32,000 nt of DNA, taken from positions 34,777-66,776 of the forward strand of contig NZ_JACJQL010000033.1 of NCBI RefSeq assembly GCF_014696625.1, written 5' to 3'. A program made the position numbers and the translations under genes. The notes beneath the pieces were generated by a model. That model was not told the DNA's origin and did not search any database. It saw only the letters and a program-made list of their open reading frames with translations. Shown here in pieces: positions 1-7,299 of this stretch. Origin of the DNA: Nostoc parmelioides FACHB-3921 (lineage in GTDB: Bacteria; Cyanobacteriota; Cyanobacteriia; Cyanobacteriales; Nostocaceae). Each line of letters begins with the position of its first letter. The first letter of the stretch is position 1.

Positions 1-1190
1 TGGTAAAAATTTTAGTTATTGATGATGATCCGGTTGTGCGGACGGTGCTAAAAAGAACGCTTGAGAATCAGGGCTACGAAACTACTGTCGTCAATAATGG
101 GGAGGAAGGAATTATTCAAGCAAAACTCCTCCGTCCCGCATTGATTATTTGTGATTGGGTGATGTCTGGGTTAGATGGGTTGGAAGTATGTCGTCAAATT
201 AAAGCAAATCCAGAGTTAGCAACTAGTTTTTTTATTTTGTTAACTGCTAAGGGAGCAGCACCAGGAGAGGAGAAAGACAGAGTTAAAGGACTAGATGCTG
301 GAGCTGATGAGTTTATCTCTAAACCAATCGAAATGATTGAATTAAAAGCGCGGGTAAGAGCAGGACTCAGGTTATATCAACTCAATCAGGATTTACAAAC
401 CCAAAAGCAAACTTTAGAAATACTCAACCATGATTTACAAACCCAAAAACAAACTTTAGAAGCAGACTTAGCCGAAGCTGCTGATTATGTGCGATCGCTT
501 TTACCCAAACCCCTGGAAGGAAAAGTAAATACAGAAGCTTTATTTATTCCTTCAACCCAGTTGGGGGGTGATTGCTTCGATTATTACTGGCTGGATGACG
601 AGCATTTGGCAATTTATCTATTGGATGTATCAGGACATGGAATAGGTTCTGCTTTATTATCTGTCTCTATCTTGAATATTCTGCGATCGCAATCTTTACC
701 TAAGACTAATTTCTACAAGCCTAGAGAAGTTTTAAAGGCGTTAAATCATGCTTTCCAGATGGCAAATCACGGTGATAAATACTTCACAATTTGGTATGGA
801 GTTTATCACTGTATTCAACATCGACTTGTCTATGCTAGCGCCGGACATCCCCCGGCTGTAATTCTATCTGGTACACCTGAAACTGGTTTTCAAGTTAAAC
901 GACTCAATTCTCTAGATTTACCTATAGGATTTTTACCTGATGTGCAATTTGAGGATGCTGTCTGGGAAGTGAAAAAAGACAGCACTCTTTATATATTTAG
1001 TGATGGCGCTTATGAAATTAGAGAGCCAGATGGCAACATTTTAGGACTCGATGCTTTTATTGAAATACTAACTAACTCTAGCCAGGCAGAACCATGTAAT
1101 ATTCATTATGTATTAATGCAAATAATGACCTTAAATATTCAACAGATACTTGAAGATGATTTATCATTATTAAAAATTACTTTGACTTAA
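1..1190 (+). CDS. Response-regulator receiver (REC) domain fused to a PP2C/SpoIIE-type Ser phosphatase (RsbU/HsbR-like); 5' end cut by the window edge
   Basis: The frame is open from nt 3 (VKILVIDDDPVV...), so nt 1-2 'tg' are probably the last two bases of the start codon. The listed GTG at 36 is an edge artefact. REC residues are present (DDD, ICDWVMSGLDG acceptor Asp, LLTAKG, ISKP). PP2C motifs are GGDCFDYYWLDD, YLLDVSGHGIGSALL and IFSDGAYE. Confidence 0.9.
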   Translation, partial: VKILVIDDDPVVRTVLKRTLENQGYETTVVNNGEEGIIQAKLLRPALIICDWVMSGLDGLEVCRQIKANPELATSFFILLTAKGAAPGEEKDRVKGLDAGADEFISKPIEMIELKARVRAGLRLYQLNQDLQTQKQTLEILNHDLQTQKQTLEADLAEAADYVRSLLPKPLEGKVNTEALFIPSTQLGGDCFDYYWLDDEHLAIYLLDVSGHGIGSALLSVSILNILRSQSLPKTNFYKPREVLKALNHAFQMANHGDKYFTIWYGVYHCIQHRLVYASAGHPPAVILSGTPETGFQVKRLNSLDLPIGFLPDVQFEDAVWEVKKDSTLYIFSDGAYEIREPDGNILGLDAFIEILTNSSQAEPCNIHYVLMQIMTLNIQQILEDDLSLLKITLT

Positions 1191-1214
1191 TAGCATAATG
1201 TTGAATTATTTTAA

Positions 1215-1553
1215 TTATGAAATAGCTCTTGTAGCAGTCAGTATTTGCCGTTTAAAGTCATCTTGATCGATAAAGGTTTGGAAAATTCTATCCATTTTAG
1301 TTAATTCAAATAACATCTTAACTTGGTCATTCATTGAGCAGATAAAAAGTTGGGAATTAATAGAGCGTAACATTTGCATTGCTGACACTAAAGAGCCTAA
1401 TCCAGAACTATCCATAAAGGTGACCGCATTCATGTCTAGCAAAAAAATATTGTTACCATCAACAATCAATTCGCTAATTTCACGACGTAGTTGATTACCC
1501 CTAATTCCATCTAAAATTCCCGATAATTCAATGATTTGAAAGTTTGTATTCAT
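1215..1553 (-). CDS. STAS-domain anti-sigma-factor antagonist (SpoIIAA/RsbV/HsbA-like)
   Basis: 112 aa with LLDMNAVTFMDSSGLGSLV, carrying the conserved phosphorylatable Ser in DSSGLG. It is convergent with the phosphatase gene, with 24 nt between the stop codons. Confidence 0.9.
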   Translation of the reverse strand: MNTNFQIIELSGILDGIRGNQLRREISELIVDGNNIFLLDMNAVTFMDSSGLGSLVSAMQMLRSINSQLFICSMNDQVKMLFELTKMDRIFQTFIDQDDFKRQILTATRAIS

Positions 1554-1839
1554 AAGCCAGTTTTTTCTGTAAATAAATTGTTAAAGTACCATTACTGTAC
1601 TATTTAATTTTTGAGTTAAATATAGGCATTGAACAGCATACTAATAATTATATTTTCATATGCAATCTCACGGTGTAACAATAATTGCATTGATTTATAC
1701 ATTCTGGCATTATTATATTGAAACGGCAAGGTAGTTAACTATGCAAAAGTAAAATTTAACAAAAATATTAAAATCATAATTATTGAACAAATTTAACTTT
1801 AACTATATATAGGACTCATACTTGATTTTTCAAATACAC

Positions 1840-1939
1840 GTAGGGTGGGCATTCCCCACCATCTCATGGTTTTGGTGGGCATTACAGATACTGAGAATTT
1901 TATGCGCTAGCGCAGGCTACGCCAACAGAAATCAAATCG
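1840..1939. repeat. Dispersed repeat family 1, copy A (GTAGGGTGGGCA..CCCACC palindrome module plus GCAGGCTACGCCAACAGAAATCAAATCG module), inverted relative to copy B at 14466-14562
   Basis: The reverse complement of 1911-1939 (CGATTTGATTTCTGTTGGCGTAGCCTGCG) is identical over 29 nt to 14466-14494. The AAATTCTCAGTATCTGTA and ATGCCCACCAAAACCAT blocks are also shared. Confidence 0.75.
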
Positions 1940-1947
1940 GATTCCTA

Positions 1948-2085
1948 TATGAGGTTGCACATAATATAAAATCCGTTGATTTATCCGCGTTTCTCTGTCT
2001 TGAAAAGTTTCCTACGGAGGGAAACCCTCCTACAGAGCTTTTCGCTGCGTGCATCTGCGTTCAATTATTCTATGCAGCTTCATAT
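1948..2085. mobile_element. MITE-like element with imperfect about 19-nt terminal inverted repeats (ATATGAGGTTGCACATAAT / ATTCTATGCAGCTTCATAT); its interior belongs to repeat family 2 (GAACGCAGA.G.ACGC)
   Basis: The termini are inverted repeats. The interior 2041-2063, reverse-complemented (TGAACGCAGATGCACGCAGCGAA), resembles 25778-25796 (TGAACGCAGAGGGACGCGG). There is no coding capacity; the listed ORF 1822..2088 is built from these repeats. Confidence 0.5.
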
Positions 2086-2129
2086 TAATTAAGATAAACT
2101 CCCGACAATAAAAAAGTTCCCAATCTGTT

Positions 2130-2153
2130 AACAGTCAACAATCAACAGCAATC
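2130..2153. repeat. Degenerate STRR-like heptamer run (AACAGTC AACAATC AACAGCA)
   Basis: Three tandem 7-nt units lie just downstream of the GT2 stop codon on the minus strand. Confidence 0.5.
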
Positions 2154-2176
2154 ATGATGAATTGTGCAACTTAAAA

Positions 2177-4273
2177 CTAGAGTAGCTTACCCATCTTTGA
2201 ATGATCTTTTGGTAGTTGCCAAACGGATGCACGAATGATGCCTGATAAAAGTAGCAAGTTATAGACAGCCCAAGAACTATTGAGTAGGTTAACCCAAGGG
2301 TGATTGAGATGACCAATCACCAATCTATAAAGGCTCCATATTATTCCTATCATAGTCAGAAAAAAGAAGATTAATTGTGGCCAAATCATTTGCAGATAAA
2401 TTCCTGACTGTCGTTGTTTAGGTGTAACTTGAAAGTTAATTTTTTGTCCAGTGAATACACTCCAAACAGCTTGAATAAATATGGGAAATAAAGCGATCGC
2501 ATATTGTTCAGAACGCCAAATTTCACTAGCTGGAATGCCCCATATTGCCACAATAAAGGTTAGACGATTGATGATAAACGTGGGGAAGAAATGTAGAATA
2601 AAATCAATACCGTATGTTTTTACAGGAGCAATTTCTGTAAAAAAATAGATAATTGGGCAAGAAATAAAAATAAGTGTAGCAAAACCAGAAAAATAACTAT
2701 ACATAGTCTTAAAATATTGCAGACGTTGGCAAAACGTGAGTCCTTGTTTCCTGAGTGGGTTTTCTTGAACTAGTACTTGGATTGTTCCTTGCGCCCAACG
2801 TAGTCTTTGTTTCAAAGTAGAACTGAGGTCATCAGGTGCTAAACCTTCTGCCAAAAGTTCATGATGATAAACCGATTTCCAACCAGCACCATGTAGACGC
2901 ATAGCGGTATTCATATCTTCTGTAATACTGTTGCTAGATAAGCCACCGACCAATTGAAATTCATCTAATCGTTTTTCATCTTTGGTAAAATCATCAGCAA
3001 AATATTGTAGTCCCACGTTAATTAAAGCCTCACGTCGCAAAATGGCATTAGTACCTGTATAAAATGCCGCATTCATCCCATCTTTACCCTGTTGTAGCGG
3101 CCCATAAAATAAACTGGCTCGATGCCCAAAGGGGTCGCCTGGGGGAAGATTATAAAAGTCCTGAGGTGTCTGTACAAAAGCAATGCGGTTCTGTTCGTAT
3201 TTGCCATTAAACAGATTGTATGTGTAGAAATATGGCAAAATCCGTTTGAGAAATTGGGGTTTGGGAGTATGATCAGCGTCTAAAGTAAGAATAAATTCTC
3301 CCGAAGTTTCGCCAGAAAAAATTGCGTAATTGAGGTTTCCCGCTTTCGCATGGTGGGGTACACCCACAGGTTTGGGACGAGCAATATAACGCAATCTAGC
3401 AAGTTCGACCAATTCCAGTTCTTTTTGGCGAATGGCGGCTGTTAAAACTTGGCGTTCAGTTTTGAGTCGTTCAGTAACACTATGATGCTTGGGAGATAAC
3501 CAACGAATAAACTGTTGCAAACTCTGCGCTAAAACTTCAGTTGTGGTTTTGTCCTGGCTAGGAACTGATGACGATTTTGACAACCATTCTTCAGCCACTT
3601 GAATATTAGGGGTGAAACTTTCTAGATTTTGCAGACGTTCTACCAAGTGTGAGCGTTCTGCATCAATGCGGTTGGCTTCTTGCTGTAGTAGTGGTGACTG
3701 TAAATCTGCAATACATAACCTTTCCGTCATGGCTCGCATAGTGGGGGAATTACCATCATCCAAAACATAAACATACAACTTAGTTGGCGGATAATCTATG
3801 GCTAAAGCGGCTTGGGCTGTTTGTTCGACTATCTCCGGCGGTTCGTTGTAACAGGTGATAAAGACATCTACAATTGGCCAATCCGTTGGCGGTAGAGATG
3901 GAGTCAACTGGTCAAGTGACTTAATCTGCCGGACTAAAGGTCGCCATAAGCCAATGACAAACATCACTCCGCCAATGTAGCTATAAATTTCTGCCAGCAA
4001 CAACGGAATCGAGAGCCATAACGCATCAAAATTGATGGAGTTGGTAATGCGCCATTGCAAATACCACAGACCAAAAATTAAATTGATTTCTGCGAGGTAA
4101 CGAAATAGCAGTGTTCTTTTTTTGAGGGTGGAACGACTGTTGCCAGAAAAAGTTGGAGAGTCATTAATAGATATAAAAGTCATTTTGACAATGGTAATAA
4201 AATTATCGTCGAAAACAAAACTCCCAATTCCTGCTACATCACTGGGAAGAATCGGACATCCAATAACTGCCAT
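2177..4273 (-). CDS. Membrane-embedded family-2 glycosyltransferase, cellulose-synthase-like (BcsA/CesA catalytic core), no PilZ domain, about 105-aa insertion in the catalytic domain
   Basis: Motifs are VDVFITCYNE, LDDG, HAKAGNLN, LDADH, ITEDMN (TED), QRLRWAQG (QxxRW) and FQVTPK (FxVTxK-like), with TM helices on both sides. The start is uncertain: ATG 4273 overlaps the upstream ORF by 35 nt, and ATG 4183 (MTFISIN...) is the alternative. Confidence 0.9.
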   Translation of the reverse strand: MAVIGCPILPSDVAGIGSFVFDDNFITIVKMTFISINDSPTFSGNSRSTLKKRTLLFRYLAEINLIFGLWYLQWRITNSINFDALWLSIPLLLAEIYSYIGGVMFVIGLWRPLVRQIKSLDQLTPSLPPTDWPIVDVFITCYNEPPEIVEQTAQAALAIDYPPTKLYVYVLDDGNSPTMRAMTERLCIADLQSPLLQQEANRIDAERSHLVERLQNLESFTPNIQVAEEWLSKSSSVPSQDKTTTEVLAQSLQQFIRWLSPKHHSVTERLKTERQVLTAAIRQKELELVELARLRYIARPKPVGVPHHAKAGNLNYAIFSGETSGEFILTLDADHTPKPQFLKRILPYFYTYNLFNGKYEQNRIAFVQTPQDFYNLPPGDPFGHRASLFYGPLQQGKDGMNAAFYTGTNAILRREALINVGLQYFADDFTKDEKRLDEFQLVGGLSSNSITEDMNTAMRLHGAGWKSVYHHELLAEGLAPDDLSSTLKQRLRWAQGTIQVLVQENPLRKQGLTFCQRLQYFKTMYSYFSGFATLIFISCPIIYFFTEIAPVKTYGIDFILHFFPTFIINRLTFIVAIWGIPASEIWRSEQYAIALFPIFIQAVWSVFTGQKINFQVTPKQRQSGIYLQMIWPQLIFFFLTMIGIIWSLYRLVIGHLNHPWVNLLNSSWAVYNLLLLSGIIRASVWQLPKDHSKMGKLL

Positions 4274-7058
4274 AACTATCAGAAATTAATCGGACTCTTG
4301 ATTTAGCAATTCTTGGTAAGCCTCGGCCAGAGTCCCCTTGCGCCACAGCTTGCCACCAAGGTGATTGCATGGCAGTAGATGGACGAATTAAGGGTTGGCG
4401 GTTGGTGACTTTGTACAGTAAGGATTGTAAAATCATACTGTTGGTGCTGCTGGTGAAACCAACGGCTGTTTTACCGGTGGTTTCATAAAAGCCTTCGTAA
4501 AATCCTGCTAGTGGGTTATATAAGTCTGTGGTTCCTGCAAATAACTTTTGACTATATTGATTTTCTGGTAGTAGAGAATGATAGGCAAAAGCTACGGCTG
4601 TACTTACCATTCGCCCTTGGGGTACAGTTTGCCCGTCATCACCTAAAACTTGCCAAGGTTCACCCTTACCAGTAATTGTGCTGTGGACAGTGTAAGGCTT
4701 GCGGTCTATGAGAGTGGTAGCTGAGGCTGTGAGGGTGTCGGTGCGGCGGTAACGCTCTGCTTGTGCTTGAAAAATTGACTCAAAGAGCGATCGCATTTGT
4801 GGATCTAAGCCAAATTCTAGGGCGTAAAGTAAGAAAGGATTACTAACTGTATATTGGTTAACCTTGGAGTTAGTATCTGTGCGGCGGCGTTGGGTAGGAA
4901 CCTTTACCCCTTCCACCAAGGTAGTTTGATATTCACCACCAACAGCCGAACCCTCTACCTCAAATCCCCATAGTTGAAAACCACGAGCAGCGTATTCTTC
5001 ATAACCCAAGCGGGTTTCTAGATTGACGCGGGTAAGATATCTTCCTTCCTTACCTGGGGTAACTGTGGCGCTGGAAAGAACTTTATCCCGCACCACCCGC
5101 AAGTATGACCAATCTAAAACAATTTGATCAACTGCTTGAGTATATTCTGGGTGACAGCTTTTTAAGTTATACAGTGCTGCTAATAACCTACCTATATCTA
5201 AAGCTGACCAACCGTTACCCTGGGGAACCGGATTCCCACCATAATCAATCGGTTGGAGAACTCGCGTATCATAACCTCGATTCGGTAATTCTCCGGCAAA
5301 TAAGGGTAGCTGGCCTAAGGCTGCTAATAAATGCCGGGTACGCTGGTCAAATTCCTTCGGGGAAATAATCTCCAGCGATCGCACCACATGAAGCGCCGCT
5401 AGATAATCTCCCAATCCCCAAAGAGTAGCGCCCTGAAAATCGCTGCGATCGTCGATTAACCCACTACGAGCATGATAATTGGCTTGAAAGTACCTCCATG
5501 CTGCTTCTGCATAGCGCCGTTCCACTACCGTTAGAGGTCGAGCGAGTTTCAAGGTAGAAGATGGGTCTGGATTACCCACTGGGGGAATGGGTGCGATCGT
5601 CACTTCCCCAACCTGAGGAGTATTTCCTGATATTGGAGGGCTAGAATTTGTTGGGGTTGTAGATGTTTGCGCCACCTTGGGAGTTTCTCCTGGTGGGGGA
5701 GTCGCAGCAGAGGAAGTATTGTTGTTTGCTGGTTTGCTTGGTTGACTAACAGCACTCGAACCAATTAAAGGACGATTTCCTCTGGCTTTGTAGTATAAAA
5801 TCTCCAAAATTAGCCCATTGGTATTGCCAGTTAAAGCTTTATTCGGCTGCTTTGATTCCTCATAAATACCAGCGTAAAAACCACCGCCATCGGGACTGCG
5901 GAGATCCTTGACCGCATCGAAAATCTTTTGTGCATAAGCATTATTTGGGAAAAGATAGCGCCAACCAAAAGCCGCTTTGCTACTAACACTACGAAACTGG
6001 GGGTAAGGTTGATTTGTATCGGTGATAGTTGCCCAATTTTTACCGTTGGCATAAACGGTGTTGTAGAGAAAATAAGGTTCTTGGTCAATGTTGTCTTCCG
6101 TCACCGCAGTTAACTGACCTGTCGCATCGTAGCGCCGCTTCTGTACCTCCAAAACCCTAGCAGCAAAATCGCCTAACTCTCCCTGAAAACCAAATTCGAT
6201 GCCTTCCAGGATATAAGACTCACTCACGACATAATTATTCGCATTGGTGCTTTGGAAATCGCGGGTATCAACGGGAATCTGTACACCATTAATTTCCACC
6301 ATCTTATATGGTTCTAAAGCCAGAGCTTTGGGCGCGGCAAAACCCCAAAGTTGATAACCCCTAACTGCATATTCTTCATAGCCGAGTCGTCCCTCTTGTA
6401 CCAGTAATGTGGTGTTATCTGGGAGGACTGTTGCGCCAAAAAGTTGTTCATCTTTGAGCGATCGCCCTACTTGCCACTTAGCTACAATCCCTTTGAGCCA
6501 ATCATTATATTGAGGGTGACAAGTGCGAATTACATCAAAGGCCGCCAATATCCGACCGACATCTAAGGCAGACCAGCCAATACCCCGTTCAATGGGAGTA
6601 TTAGTGTAATCTACCATCTGTCCAGTAGCTGCGTTGTAGACTTTATTCGGCAAAGCATCCTCAAACAACTTCAGATTTCCCAGACCCGTCAAAAACTTAT
6701 TCAGGCGAGCGTCAAAGTCTGCTTGATCAGTGAGATTCAACCACCGCGCCGCATTCAACGCCATTAAGTAGTTCCCCATATCCCACAGCGTACCGGAAGG
6801 ATAACCCCCTGTAGAATTAGTAAATCCTGTTGCTGGCTGATAGTTTTTCACAAAATATTGCCAAGCCGCACGAGCATAAGTTTGTTCCTCAGGGCTGAGA
6901 GGAGATGTAATACTGCTACAACTGGCGGAATTAGCAGCAAAATTAGAACTCTGTGCTAAGGTGCGTACTGGAACATAGAACAAAAACTGCAACAATGTCC
7001 CAACTAGGAACAATGCCATCCATTTCCACAGCTTTTGTTGGCGTTGCTTGTATAGCAT
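4239..7058 (-). CDS. Exported or membrane-anchored protein with two tandem DUF3131-like domains joined by a Pro/Ser/Thr-rich linker
   Basis: 939 aa with an N-terminal hydrophobic segment (WMALFLVGTLLQFLFYVPV). Domains at about aa 55-432 and 503-900 share TLWD/TLWG..YL.AL, ELPN, GWSALD[VI]GR and RLGYEEYA.RG.QLWGF. The linker at aa 433-502 (nt 5553-5762) is PSKPANNNTSSAATPPPGETP... The family name is a recollection. Confidence 0.8.
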   Translation of the reverse strand: MLYKQRQQKLWKWMALFLVGTLLQFLFYVPVRTLAQSSNFAANSASCSSITSPLSPEEQTYARAAWQYFVKNYQPATGFTNSTGGYPSGTLWDMGNYLMALNAARWLNLTDQADFDARLNKFLTGLGNLKLFEDALPNKVYNAATGQMVDYTNTPIERGIGWSALDVGRILAAFDVIRTCHPQYNDWLKGIVAKWQVGRSLKDEQLFGATVLPDNTTLLVQEGRLGYEEYAVRGYQLWGFAAPKALALEPYKMVEINGVQIPVDTRDFQSTNANNYVVSESYILEGIEFGFQGELGDFAARVLEVQKRRYDATGQLTAVTEDNIDQEPYFLYNTVYANGKNWATITDTNQPYPQFRSVSSKAAFGWRYLFPNNAYAQKIFDAVKDLRSPDGGGFYAGIYEESKQPNKALTGNTNGLILEILYYKARGNRPLIGSSAVSQPSKPANNNTSSAATPPPGETPKVAQTSTTPTNSSPPISGNTPQVGEVTIAPIPPVGNPDPSSTLKLARPLTVVERRYAEAAWRYFQANYHARSGLIDDRSDFQGATLWGLGDYLAALHVVRSLEIISPKEFDQRTRHLLAALGQLPLFAGELPNRGYDTRVLQPIDYGGNPVPQGNGWSALDIGRLLAALYNLKSCHPEYTQAVDQIVLDWSYLRVVRDKVLSSATVTPGKEGRYLTRVNLETRLGYEEYAARGFQLWGFEVEGSAVGGEYQTTLVEGVKVPTQRRRTDTNSKVNQYTVSNPFLLYALEFGLDPQMRSLFESIFQAQAERYRRTDTLTASATTLIDRKPYTVHSTITGKGEPWQVLGDDGQTVPQGRMVSTAVAFAYHSLLPENQYSQKLFAGTTDLYNPLAGFYEGFYETTGKTAVGFTSSTNSMILQSLLYKVTNRQPLIRPSTAMQSPWWQAVAQGDSGRGLPRIAKSRVRLISDSYGSYWMSDSSQ

Positions 7059-7299
7059 ATACGGAGAGTTAAAAATCAGTACATTGATAGCACTGCGGTA
7101 GAAATGAATTGAATCGCATTAGCGAATCACATGAAATTGCGGACTCATGACTTTAGATGTTAGGCGGAAATTTTTGCTATATCAGCGAGGAATACACTGA
7201 ATCTCTTGTACTTAGGTACAAAATACAAGTTAATATACTGATATATTCTGGGTATAATGCTTTATTTACTTTTAGTTCACAGTAATCTTGACTTTGAAA

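Noticed and set aside
1822-2088. 88-aa plus-strand ORF on the track
   Set aside because: It is assembled entirely from dispersed repeat or MITE sequence (families 1 and 2). It starts at a non-ATG codon, has no recognisable protein features and lies in a repeat-filled intergenic zone.
2177-4273. Calling the GT2 a canonical bcsA within a bcs operon
   Set aside because: There is no PilZ domain and no BcsB, BcsZ or TPR-BcsC genes adjacent. The catalytic motifs support only a cellulose-synthase-like GT2, and the polymer is not determinable from sequence.
5105-6113. Short ORFs nested in or antisense to long CDSs. These are 5105..5368, 5831..6088 and 5928..6113. The same class elsewhere includes 8968..9216, 9483..9674, 12042..12257, 12636..13010, 13590..13790, 13857..14045, 15093..15320, 16176..16427, 17166..17546, 18237..18437, 20735..20941, 20954..21271, 21805..21987, 22905..23126, 23034..23318, 23068..23322, 23418..23681, 25373..25555, 25946..26149, 26656..26958, 27989..28192, 28415..28618 and 29958..30200.
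   Set aside because: Each lies inside or opposite a much longer ORF with clear family motifs. Their translations are low-complexity or Cys/Arg/Ser-skewed, as expected for off-frame reading, so there is no independent support.
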